Origin: Octopus sinensis
Taxonomy: Eukaryota
Length of the DNA stretch: 64,000 bases
NCBI RefSeq assembly: GCF_006345805.1
Contig: NW_021833249.1
Span: forward strand, 1-64,000
Direction: 5' to 3'
Shown here: positions 12,427-24,226 of the stretch, in pieces
Position numbering within the stretch: the stretch's first letter is position 1
Layout: every line of letters starts with the position of its first letter
Position numbers and translations under genes: made by a program
The notes under the pieces: model-generated
Database searches by the model: none
The model's input: the letters and a program-made list of their open reading frames with translations, nothing else
Told to the model about the DNA's origin: nothing

Positions 12427-13740
12427 CTTTTAGTTAATTATTTCGGGACACGATGGACCACTCGAGCAGAGAGTTGTTGTTGGTTGTGACGTATCCAGGT
12501 GTAGATGGTTTATCCGGTATTTCCTGGAGGAATTTGTGCAGGTATCTTTTAAAAGTTGTGAGGTATTTTTCTACTTTAATTGCTTTGGGGGTAACATTGA
12601 AAAGTGCAGGACCATTTGCAGTGAAGAAATTGTGTTGCAATGTTATTATGTGATGTGATTTCGACCTTTGTAGGGGACGCATTGCACGGGGGCCTAGTCT
12701 TGGGTGAATTGTAAACATAATGCCAATATAATTTGGATAATATTGGTGGAATATTTTCCACATGGTGCAAATAATGTATCGCTCACGGCGGCGTTGCTGA
12801 GATTAGAGCTTCCACTGTTTAAGTCGAGTCCAATAATCAAGTTCCTTCATGCCCTCTATTATTATTCTTTTTTTTTGTGATTGATCTTTGTGGCGCTTCT
12901 ATCTTCATTATGTCTTGTTTTTTTTTAGGGGGAAACAGTATTCGAGGTGGGGCCTAGCGAATGTGGAGAAGAGAAGGATGATGGTTTCATGATCCCTATG
13001 GTCTTGGAAAGTTCTGGGGATCCACGAGCACATTCTGCGGGCAACATCGACTTTTTTGTTGATGTGCACACTCCAACTAAGGTTGTTGTCGACAGTTACA
13101 CCTAAGTCTCTGTTATTATCCGACGGTTCAAGTAGGTCTTCCGACGGTAGTGTATATCGTTGTTTGAGTGTGCCCTCTCTTCCAAAGTGGATGAGCTCAA
13201 ATTTTTCTTCGTTCAACTGCATATTGTTTTGTTTTTTGTTTTGGTTTTTTTTTGTGCCCCCTGGGTTACTGCACATAGGTCCGATTGAAGCATTGTTCGA
13301 TCATATGCTCCCTTAATGATTTTACGGAGCTTAGAGTCATATTCAAAAATTTTTATGGTGCTATGTTCAATGAAATTTGCAATGCCATTGATATAGACAA
13401 TAAAAAGAAGTGGACCCAGCACAGTACCCTGTGGGACTCCGCTGGTAACTTTTGTTGGTTTTGAGTGGATGCCAGCAACAACAACATGCTGGGTCCTATT
13501 TGTTAGGAAATACCTAATCCATTGAAGTAGCTTTCCATCGACTCCAGCGTTGTATAATTTCTTTAACAATATATTATGGTTGATTCTATCAAAGGCCTTG
13601 CTGAAATCAAGGTATATGACATCCGCGTTGGAGCCCTCAGTTAGTACATTTAAGATGTCATCAAAGTGGTGGAGCTCGCTTTCAATCTTACATTTAATAT
13701 CTATTGATAAAGCCAGAAATATAACTACAATTATCATAAG
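12427..13740 (-). mobile_element. 5'-truncated CR1/L2-group LINE (RT and 3' end), decayed
   Basis: YLDFSKAFD, SGVPQGTVLGPLLF, catalytic motif mutated to FEYD, C-terminal PSTPGYVTTNNNSLLEW. Confidence 0.88.
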
Positions 13741-14578
13741 AGATACTTGAAAAAAAAAGTAGAAATATAAAGGGGAAGACCCCTGCCAAACCCATACTTC
13801 TACACAAGATATATAATCCAAAACAAGCATGAAAAATACACGTCTATTTTAAAACAGTCAAACTGAAAGTAAATCAGACAACCTGTCATGATAAAAACTC
13901 ACCACTACAGAATAAAGCATTGTTAGAACAAATTTCATTATTTGCAACATATTTACATTATTATGTAGTGAGTTCAGGTGCTGACATGAATTATATTCTC
14001 CCCTCCCCCACCAGCACCACTCCGTATCCAGGCCGGGGGAGGGGATGGAAAAATTCTTAACTTGATAAACTTCTTTTTGAATAAATCTTCATTTGAAGTT
14101 TCATGAAAGCGAAAGAAAATTAACGAAAGTAGAAAAGGAGGAAAAAGAAGAAAAAATGGTAACTATTGGAGAAATATCATGATCAGAGAAAAATGCTAAA
14201 AAAAATGCTAAATAAAATTTTAAACCTATTTTCCTTGCTAAATGCTAGATTCAAAAATTTTCTGCTAAATGCTGAAAAAAATGCTAAATCTAGCATAAAA
14301 TATGCTAAATTGGCAACCATGGTTCTTATGTTAGTTCCTATTGCATGTGCAATCATTCTTTTCACCTAACTGTTGTTCTTAGGGTCCCGGGTGAGTATGG
14401 TTCAAACCATTCCAGCGCTCTGTGGTGCTTTTCTTCGCTGCCAAGGTGATGGTGGGTGGTCTTCCCCTCTGTGACCTGGTCATGTTTATCTAGGTAGTTA
14501 CAGTCATAGCTTAGTTTAAGGAGGAGGCCCAGTTCCCTCGTGTTGGCTTCGCAGAACTACCTCAATCTCACAGTAATC

Positions 14579-14933
14579 TCAGTACATTTTTCCACAGCAA
14601 AATCTGTCTATAGATGGGTAGAATGAAACGACATCCATACAACCCACTACACAACCCATGAGGCCGTTGGAGTAATTGCGACTACTGATTCTACTTAGAT
14701 CCCCCGTGCTCGCATCTGGGGACATTTCAATGAGTGGTCGTAACACCTGTGAGAGGAAGTAGAATAGCCTATAATTGCTGGAGATATTCGCTCCACAGAC
14801 AGGCCGGGTTGGGGAGCCCATAACAGGGTTCACATAGGATTTACGGTCCTTACGTAACCCGTATAGCGTAGGAACATCGTTGTTGAATGCTTGGAAATTT
14901 TGTGCAGTCCTTTTCTTGGGTTGGAGTATGTTG
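14579..14933 (-). mobile_element. Penelope-like RT fragment, interrupted by an LTR element
   Basis: VPTLYGLRKD...PTRPVCGA...MDVVSFYPSI; removing the LTR element restores the frame IHMGM|WCNIL across the CACCA target site. Confidence 0.8.
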
Positions 14934-14938
14934 CACCA

Positions 14939-16436
14939 TGTTATGTAATCATCACAACAAACATGAACAATCAACGTTGCCCATTGTCTCCCTTGATACA
15001 AGGACATTCAGTAAGTTTCCCGCCACAACAAATACCTTGTACAACAACGGCAGTCTAATAAAGTATCTCGTATCGTTAACACGTTTTTTCAGTCTCTCTC
15101 ATTTTCTTAATATTTCATACTAAGTACTCACTACTTCCTTTAATACTCAATACATTATATATTTATAACAACAACATGGTGTCAGAATACTAAAAGAACC
15201 CAAAATACAGATGATAATAAAAATAAAAAAATATATATACTGGCCTGGCATTAACGCTCAAATCAAAGACATGATTAACACATGCTCATACTGCATCGAC
15301 TACAAAAAACAGCAATCAGCCGAACCACTAATAAATCATGAAATACCTACTACACCATGGACCAAAGTGGGTACAGACGTATTTCACCTGTCTGGAAATT
15401 CGTATGTCACAATTATTGACTATACAACAAGATTTTTTGATCTACACGAAATAAATGTTTGCCAGTCAAAAACCGTAATCAAAAAATTAAAAGAAACTTT
15501 TGCTAAATTCGGAATTCCGCAAACAGTTATAAGTGACAACGGTCCAGAATTCAATTCGGCTGAATTCAAAAAATTTGCAAAAAAATGGCATTTTCATCAC
15601 ACGAAGACAAGCCCGCATTATCATCAAGCGAATGGCATGGTTGAGAGAAATATACAGACAATAAAAAAGACTCTAAAAAAGGCATTCAAGAGCATTACGC
15701 ACGACTAAATTACAAAATGGTGCACCATCCCCTGCAAATCAAATAATGAATAGAACATTGCGAACAAATCTCCCAAACTTACTACACGATAAAATTGGTA
15801 TCAGGCCTCACGAAAAGAAGAAATCAAACATTACAACAGAACTCCCAGAGTTAAAACCACACGACACGGTTAGAATTAAGTTTAACAACAATTGGTTAGA
15901 AGGGGCAAAATAATTAAAAAACTAGAGCAACCTCGTTCATACTTAGTAATAACAGAGGAAGGTAATACAGTCAAACGAAATAGACAACATATTCTTAAAA
16001 CAAACGAACACGTTCGCATAACAGAAGAATTAGATTATGAAAATATATTTCCAAAGTCAACAAACACGCATGAAAAAACAAAAACAGCACAACTACAGAA
16101 TTCAACACTACAAAATAATAAAACCACAAAAAGTGGACGACGAATAATTATTCCCTGTAGATACAGATAAAAAAAAAATAAAAATAAAAAAGGGAAGATG
16201 TTATGTAATCATCACAACAAACATGAACAATCAACGTTGCCCATTGTCTCCCTTGATACAAGGACATTCAGTAAGTTTCCCGCCACAACAAATACCTTGT
16301 ACAACAACGGCAGTCTAATAAAGTATCTCGTATCGTTAACACGTTTTTTTAGTCTCTCTCATTTTCTTAATCTTTCATACTAAGTACTCACTACTTCCTT
16401 TAATACTCAATACATTATATATATATAACAACAACA
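14939..16436 (+). mobile_element. 1.5-kb non-autonomous Gypsy-type LTR element retaining only integrase sequence
   Basis: 238-bp TG...CA LTRs (14939-15176, 16199-16436) with 3 differences; 5-bp TSD CACCA; PBS TGGTGTCAGAA (tRNA-Leu type); PPT aaaaaagggaaga. Confidence 0.95.
15211..16170 (+). pseudogene. Retroviral-type integrase remnant (DDE core) of the LTR element
   Basis: YWPG...CSYC, WTKVGTDVF, VISDNGPEF, NGMVERNIQTIK; deletion and frameshift near 15690-15710. Confidence 0.9.
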
Positions 16437-17161
16437 CACCACATTCCCATGTGTATTGAGGTGTATTATGTTCAGTATTGTTATTGTTATTGTTGTTGTT
16501 ATTGTTGTGGGTGGCGTTGATGCTAGTGGTGGTGGTGTGGATGATGTGGTTGGTATTGTTGTCTGTGTGTGGGATGTTGCGATTATTGTTGTTATCATCA
16601 TCGCTATTGCTGTTGTTATAATTGTTGTTGTTTTTATTTTCGTACATTTGTGTTGTTGATGTTAAAGTTGTTTGTGGTTATCATTGTTGTTATTGTTATT
16701 GCCACTATTGTTGTTGTCATTAACATTGCTATTGCTATTGTTGTTGTTTTGGTTTCGTATGTTTGTATTGTTGTTGTTGTATTGTCCTAACCTCCATATT
16801 ACTTTTAAGATCGTTTTCTCAATATTAGATAGACAATCAATTTTTCTGACCTTCTTATATGTTAGCAAATAATTTATTAAACTAAATTAGAGGTAAACAT
16901 ATTGATTTATAGCGATTGTGGCTTTAGTAATTTTAGTTATTTTATATAAAAAATTTTTTATCAATTCTATTTGATAGCGTTTAAGTTTTCCTTTGTTTAC
17001 ATATTGCGCACAAATATGAATGACGCGCTACTATACAATAATTAATTAGCAGTTTTTGATATGTCAATTTTTTGTTGACTTCCATATTTTAACAAACGTA
17101 CGCGCAATTACATGATAGTGTTACCGCTCTTTCTCCCACTCTCTCTCTCTTAACCAATTTT

Positions 17162-17280
<119 letters not shown>

Positions 17281-17410
17281 TGAGCTGAAACTGGAAAAAT
17301 CAAAAATCAAAATCATATATATATATATAACACCCAGTTAACCCTAACTGCAACATCACCACCAATAACAAACGCACGCGCACAACTATATCCTACATAT
17401 TTGTTTATAA

Positions 17411-17480
<70 letters not shown>

Positions 17481-17795
17481 TCATAACGTTTTTTTTAATA
17501 CATACATTACCAAAACGCACACATCTGAGCCTGTCATGGATCGACCAACACGTTGGAACATAACTCCTTTCAGAAAATTCTTCCCTGATGAAATACCCAA
17601 TTAACCAGTTTCAATATGAAAATATAAAATTAATTTAATTCAATTTAGTTTCTCTAATTGAATTAATAGGATATGGAAACGGCTATAGGGATAGGAATTT
17701 CATATTATATTGATTTGAATATCTTTGAATAAACTGATGTCTATATGTAAATTTCTCTATTTTGTTTTTCATACACACACACACACACACACAAA

Positions 17796-17904
<109 letters not shown>

Positions 17905-18149
17905 GATCTTCACATGATTTTAGGAATGTCTAATTGCGAATATATTTTGGGAAATGCAACACAACACAGCTACAATTTATTACGAGCAATTTTTCAGCAA
18001 CAAGTTTTAATATTTAATAACATTCCTCTCAGAGAATTATCTTTACAATCTATAAATCTCCTCAAACTAGGACTAGCTAAAATTTGTCTGTGTCACTCAT
18101 GGATTAATAGTCGATACACATCTTTGGGGTTGTGACTCAACAAACTAAA

Positions 18150-18510
18150 AAGAAGCTGGCAGAAACGTTACCACGCCGGGCGAAATGCGTAGCCGTATTT
18201 CGTCAGCCGTTACGTTCTGAGTTCAAATTCCGCCGAAGTCGACTTTGCCTTTCATCCTTTCGGGGTCGATAAATTGAGTGCCAGTTACGCACCGGAGTCG
18301 ATATAATCGACTTAATCCGTTTGTCTGTCCTTGTTTGTCCTCTCTGTGTTTAGCCCCTTGTGGGTAGTAAAGAAATAGGCATTTCGTCTGCCGTTACGTT
18401 CTGAGTTCAAATTCCGCCGCAGTCGACTTTGCCTTTCATCCTTTCGGGGTCGATCTATTCGGCTGCACACCCTCCCTAAAAATTTCGAGCCTTTTGTCAA
18501 GAGTAGAAAA
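18150..18510 (+). mobile_element. Tandem partial SINE copies (second SINE family)
   Basis: Repeated ttacgttctgagttcaaattccgccg..gtcgactttgcctttcatcctttcggggtcgat; also at 2098-2240, 31020-31630 and 55200-55420 (minus). Confidence 0.75.
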
Positions 18511-18556
18511 TATTAGCAACATCAACTTTGCTAAAAGAGCATTTCTTTTTAATTAG

Positions 18557-18600
18557 CATGGTGCCCTCTGCTTCTGTGGAAACAGTTATGACAAATATGG

Positions 18601-18653
<53 letters not shown>

Positions 18654-18734
18654 AAGACCTCTGTAATTCAAGCTGTCCAGGCAACAAAGAAGATTTCTGT
18701 GGAGGTTATCTAACACATTCTGTTTACAAAGCAG
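18557..18734 (+). CDS. Internal exon of a WSC-domain-containing protein (C-terminal half of WSC) with an Ala17 insertion
   Basis: Acceptor ttttaattAG and donor GTAAGA. The stop-free frame HGALCFCGNSYDKYG-A17-EDLCNSSCPGNKEDFCGGYLTHSVYKA matches the WSC pattern CxCGN...CxxxCxGNxxxxCGG...VY. This frame is not in the ORF track. Confidence 0.88.
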
Positions 18735-19271
18735 GTAAGATTTTTTTTTTATTACTTTTGGTCAAATTATGTAACAACTGTCTATTTATTGCCATAATAA
18801 TATTGTGGTATGGGCAGCTTTGAATGAAACAGATTGATTTAAGATATCCTTTTATCACTAGTTGTAAGCACTTTTAAAGAACTATTATTTGTTATGGGGT
18901 AGCGAATGAAGAGTAATTTCCCAATATTTTGAATTGAAAATGTTTCGTGTGTTTTACAAAGCATGGTATTATTTAAAGGCATTTGGCTACAACAATTTCG
19001 GCTGCCTTTAATAGTAATGGGAAAGAATTTAAACATTATTAAGAAGAATGTCACACAAAGAATGGCCGCTGTTTGTGCTGCTATGAGAAAAGTATGCGTT
19101 ATAAGTTGCATATATAAATGAAGAACGTATATACTACTAGGTAGAAAGAATCTGTTAAAAAATTCCATGAAAATCTGAAAAATCACACACATAAAAGGAC
19201 ATGAACTTATCGGACTTCATGCTATGTTTTATAGCTAACAATAGAAAATAATAAAATCTAAAATGAACTAT

Positions 19272-19696
19272 ACTCTCTTTACTCATTACTCTTTTACTTG
19301 TTTCAGTCATTTTGACTGCGGCCATGCTGGAGCACCGCCTGTAGTCGATCAAATCGACCCCGGGACGTATTCTTTGTAAGCCCAGTACTTAGTTTATCGG
19401 TCACTTTTTCCGAACCGCTAAGTGACGGGGACGTAAACACACCAGCATCGGTTGTCGAGCAATGCTAGGGGGACAAACACAGACACACAACCCCCCCCAC
19501 ACACACACATATATATATATATATACATATATACGACAGGCTTCTTTCAGTTTCCGTCTACCAAATCCACTCACAAGGCATTGGTCGGCCCGGGGCTATA
19601 GCAGAAGATACTTGCCCATGATGCCACGCAGTGGGACTGAACCCGGAACCATGTGGTTGGTTAGCAAGCTACTTACCACACAGCCACTCCTGCGCC
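19272..19696 (-). mobile_element. Full-length tRNA-type SINE
   Basis: Reverse-complement homolog of 3644-4036. Confidence 0.8.
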
Positions 19697-20121
19697 TATC
19701 AATTTATTTTATAACTATGAAAAGTATTTTATCACGAACATTTGTGAATTTTGTGATAAGATTATTCATTTCTTAAATATATTTATCATTTATGTATTAA
19801 AAAATAATAATATTCGTTAATTGACTGGTGAGAAATTTTAAAAAAACGTAATTTTACTCAAAAATATAAGGGCAATTTGCACATTTTTCTTTTCTGCTTT
19901 GTATCACAATTCACGTTTAATAAATATAGACAATTGTATTTGTAAAAAACGCATATGCATATGAAGTCCATAACTGGCTTTGAAAGAGCTGTAGCAAATT
20001 TGGTAATGCAATAAAAAACGTTTTTCTTTCTGTATGTCGATGTCAGCATGTACCTTTAATTTTACAAAAAGGCTTTCTTCAAATTTTACATATGTAATCA
20101 TGACACGTTTTGTATTTTTAG

Positions 20122-20142
20122 GGACATTTTCAAAACAAACGG
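20122..20142 (+). CDS. Candidate 21-nt phase-1/phase-1 microexon following the WSC exon
   Basis: ttttgtatttttAG|ggacattttcaaaacaaacgg|GTAAGT; continues the frame as G-T-F-S-K-Q-T-G. Confidence 0.55.
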
Positions 20143-21399
20143 GTAAGTGAAGTTATATTTTGAAAACATCTTAATCTTTCGATTGCTACTGCTTTGAATA
20201 ATAGATGCAAACGGTTTTTATATATTTAAATTGTCTTTCAAAGATTCAACACGAAATTCAGTAATACGTTCTTTTAATTTATATCAAACAATGCAAAAGC
20301 CGACATAATGGAGAGTCATACATGTATGATACATCAACACTGCATTCACTGCTGCACTTTACTGTTTAAATTGTATTGGAAAATACATTACTTTCCATTC
20401 CTCCAAGTTCAATTATTGTTTGTATTATAATCTTCTTTTACAAAATGAGATCCAGCAATGTATACGTGTGGGTGTATATGTATGTACAAAACTGTGTAGA
20501 TTTCAACCATATTAGAAGTCATTATTAACATCATGCGAGTGTGTATGTCTGTGTGGGTGGGTGTAGGTATATAAAGCTGTTGTATATTTCATCATCATCA
20601 TCAGCGTTCAACGTCAGCCTTCCATGCTGGCATGAGAAGAATGCTTCGACAGGAGCTAGTCAGGCAGAAGCCTGCACCAGATTTCTGTGTCTGTTTTGGC
20701 AGGATTTTTACGGCTGGATGCCCTTCCAAACACCAACCACCCAACAGAGTGGACTGAGTGCTTTTTACGTAGCACAAGCACAAGCGAAGTCAGTTTTGGC
20801 AAGGTTTTTACAGCTGGATGCCCTTCCAAACGCCAACCACTTTACAGTGTGGACTGGATGCTTTTTAAGTGGCACCTGAACTGAAAGGGTCACCAAGTAA
20901 CTTCCATGACAAAAACTCTTTTGAGATGGGAGGGGGCATTGGAGGAGGTGATCTTGTGTCATGATGAAAGGTTTTAGTGTGACAGAGAGACACAAACAGG
21001 TGTCTTGCTGTAGAGGAGTACAAGGCTGCCCGGCTGGAGAGAGAGAGAGAGAGTGGGAGACAGCAGGATAGAGATGGTGGCAAAGTGCCAGGCATACTCA
21101 CAAGGGACGGAGATGGGATGGTCGAGGGAAAGAAGATATAGATGGTGGCAAGTGCCAGGGCACATACTTGAGGTTCAGATATCATAATATAAGTGGCAGG
21201 ACATTACCAAAGAAGCGTGATTAGAGAGTGGGGGGGTCTACTGGATAGCAATGAAACAGAGCTGTGAGGACAGGATTGGGGAGTGGGAGGTGAGCATAGT
21301 GCATGAAGGAGGAAATGTGAGGAAGAGAAGATATGTAGTTTGGTTTGTTGTGGTAGAGTGTGTGAGAAGTTTTCTTGTTAAGTATAGTTGGGACACACA

Positions 21400-23720
21400 G
21401 TGCTTCTAGAACTCAAGTTTTGCTGATGTGGGCAGATCTTCTCTAGAACCTCATATTGTCAAACATCTCGGTCCATTGTTATTTCTTCAACATCCAACAT
21501 CCTGAGATTTCTTTTCGAATTCTGCTAAAGATTCAGCAATACGAGTAAGGTTATCCGAATATAGCAATTCTCATTAGCATCCAGTTTTGAATTCCTCTTT
21601 TATGGCCTGGAGGACTATAATGAATAAGAGTGAGCTGAGAACTGAGACTTGATGAACCCCTACTTGTATGCTAAATTCATCACTATTTATAGCTAACTTT
21701 CACATTACGGACAGCACTACTGTACAATGGCTTATTTTTGGCCAAATACTTTTCCTGCTGCTGTCTCACTTGGAAGTTAACATCTGTGGTACTCTTCCCA
21801 GGTACGAAATCTAACTGCATCTCATCTAGTTTAATTCTCCGAGTTATAACTCTCTCAGTAACTTTTATGACTGGTCTAGCAGTTTGATACCGCTGTAGTT
21901 GTTTCTATCTTAGGCATCACCTTTGCCCTTGTAGCAGCTAACTATAATACTACTACACCAGTCATTGAAGAAGGTGCCTTCCTAAATAACTTGATTAACT
22001 ATACTCGTGACTAAGCTGTATCATTCACCAACGAAAGTTTTAATCATCTTGGCAGTGATTCCTGATGGCCCAAGGGCTTTCCCTGTCTTCATATCCTAAA
22101 TTGCCTTACCTATCAACTCTGATGGCTGGTCCCTCAATTGGTTTAATATTTGGTAGACTTTCTTTCTCCTATTCATTTTCTACATTTAGTAACCTTTAAT
22201 AGTGACTCTTCCATACATCTTTCTTCTCTGAGTCACTAAGTGCAAGCATATCATTATCCATTCGCATACATTTCTCACCCACCACCGCATCTCTATTCTC
22301 TCTGATACCTGCTTTACAATCCTAAACACCTCACATCGCTGATCCTCACGCTGTACAACATTTACAAATCTCTTACCTTCTGCTATTCCTTTTACTATGT
22401 AAACTTGTCGCCTCGCTGTCCTTCTGACTACCTGATATAATTATTTGCTTCTACCATTTTTCCAGTCTTTCCAGGTCTGTCTTTTTGCTTTTATAGCACT
22501 GTCTACCTCCTTGTTCCTCCACCATGTCACCCTTGGTCTAGCTGGGACTCAGCACCAACCACAGATTTCGTCTGTAGTCCTCGGTATATTGTCCCGCAGG
22601 AACTTCCAATTGTCCTCTACGCTATATGTCCCCAACTCTTCCTCTCTTTCGTCAGAAACTTCCATTTGGAAATCTCTAAACTTTTGTCTGTTTACTGAGC
22701 TTTCATAATTTTCCTTTCGAGTTTGGTTTATTTTTCCGAGTTTTCTAGCTCTAATTCTGAAGTCACTAACTAGTAACCTATGTTGGATTGTTTACTCTTC
22801 ATCAGGGAAAGATTTTGCATTTTTAAGCATCCATCTATCTCGTTGCCTAGTGAGGAGGTGGTTAATCTGGCTTAAGTGCTCACCATCACTGCCAAGATGA
22901 TTAAAATTTCCGTTGGTGAATGATACAGCTTAGTCACGAGTATAGTTAATCAAGTTATTTAGGAAGGCACCTTCTTCAATGACTGGTGTAGTAGTATTAT
23001 AGTTAGCTGCTACAAGGCTTAAGTGTTGTACATCCTGATAAGTGATTAGGTGGTTGGCTGGCTGGCTGGTTGGTTGGCTGGTTTTCTGAAGTTAGTGTTA
23101 AAGACCATAAGATGATTTGCATCACATAACTCCAGCAGTTTTGTTTCCTCCTCACTTCTGGATCCAAAGCCATAGCCACCACGCACTCCTTGGAATCCAT
23201 GGAGATGCTCTATGTCCATTGAAGTCACCAGTTACAATAACAAAATCACTGTCATTTGTCATTGAGGTAGTCTGCAAAAGGACCTCATACAATTGGTCCT
23301 TCTTCTCATCAGCCAGCCCAGACTGAGGAGCATATGCAGAGATAAATGTAACTGTTAATTAATCTATGTCTCATCTTAATTACCTTATCACATACTCTGA
23401 ATATCTCAATTACCTTATCTACCCACTTTTCTGCTAACAGTATGCCTACATCACCCACTCCATCTTTCCTACCTACCCAGAAGAATTTTAATCTCTGTCA
23501 CTTAACGGTGAGGAATCTAGCTGAGGCTCCCCTCCATCTTACTTCTTGCACACCAACACATAAATATGGCATCGCTCCCTAATCCTTCTTTCATTGTGCC
23601 AACATTAATAGTAGCGGCCCCGAGATTGAGTACTTGGGAGTGATGGTGGGAAGGCAGTTGTAGAACTTTCGTCATCACCTGAAAAGAAGATCTGCGCAAA
23701 CGCTTGCCAGCTAGCATAGA
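21400..23720 (-). mobile_element. Decayed RTE-clade LINE (APE endonuclease and RT)
   Basis: ATINVGTM (endonuclease start), LLELCDANHLMV, VGVHQVSVLSSLLF, WELLYSD; many stops. Confidence 0.8.
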
Positions 23721-24180
23721 GCTTTGGTACATAGTTTACATAGTTTATTCATTGAATTGCAATGAATCACAGTTTCCTCCATTTCATACAATATCTAGAG
23801 CAAGAACTAACAATAGATGAAGTAGGTGTGAGAATATGAAATATAGGTTGAGCAGAAAGAGAGAATAGGGTGGCTACTTATGACGGTTTAAGTATTATAT
23901 GTCTAAATATTTATATATGAGATACCTTTAACAGTATAAGACACGCATCCGGGCGCTTGCATGAAGGTATAAGGCTATAAGCAAAATATGTACTCCCATA
24001 CACAACACAGAAGGAGTATATGAGTCACCAGGTGAAGCAGTTCATGTACGGAGTAAAATGGTGTGGGGGGAGGAGGCATAACAGATGTGCAAAAATGGAC
24101 GCTGTGCGCCGACTTTGCACAAACTAAGTTTAGTCCCCACATGGCTAGATGGGCTTTGAAGAAAAGTCGTATTATTATTA

Positions 24181-24223
<43 letters not shown>

Positions 24224-24226
<3 letters not shown>

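Noticed and set aside
14160-14335. Cluster of tgcta(a) motifs ending in ttggcaaccatg
   Set aside because: Possibly a DNA-transposon subterminal remnant, but no convincing partner TIR or TSD; the overlapping ORFs are low complexity.
18528-18713. Listed 61-aa ORF with poly-Leu resembling a signal peptide
   Set aside because: Wrong frame; the alternative frame gives the WSC cysteine pattern with matching splice sites.
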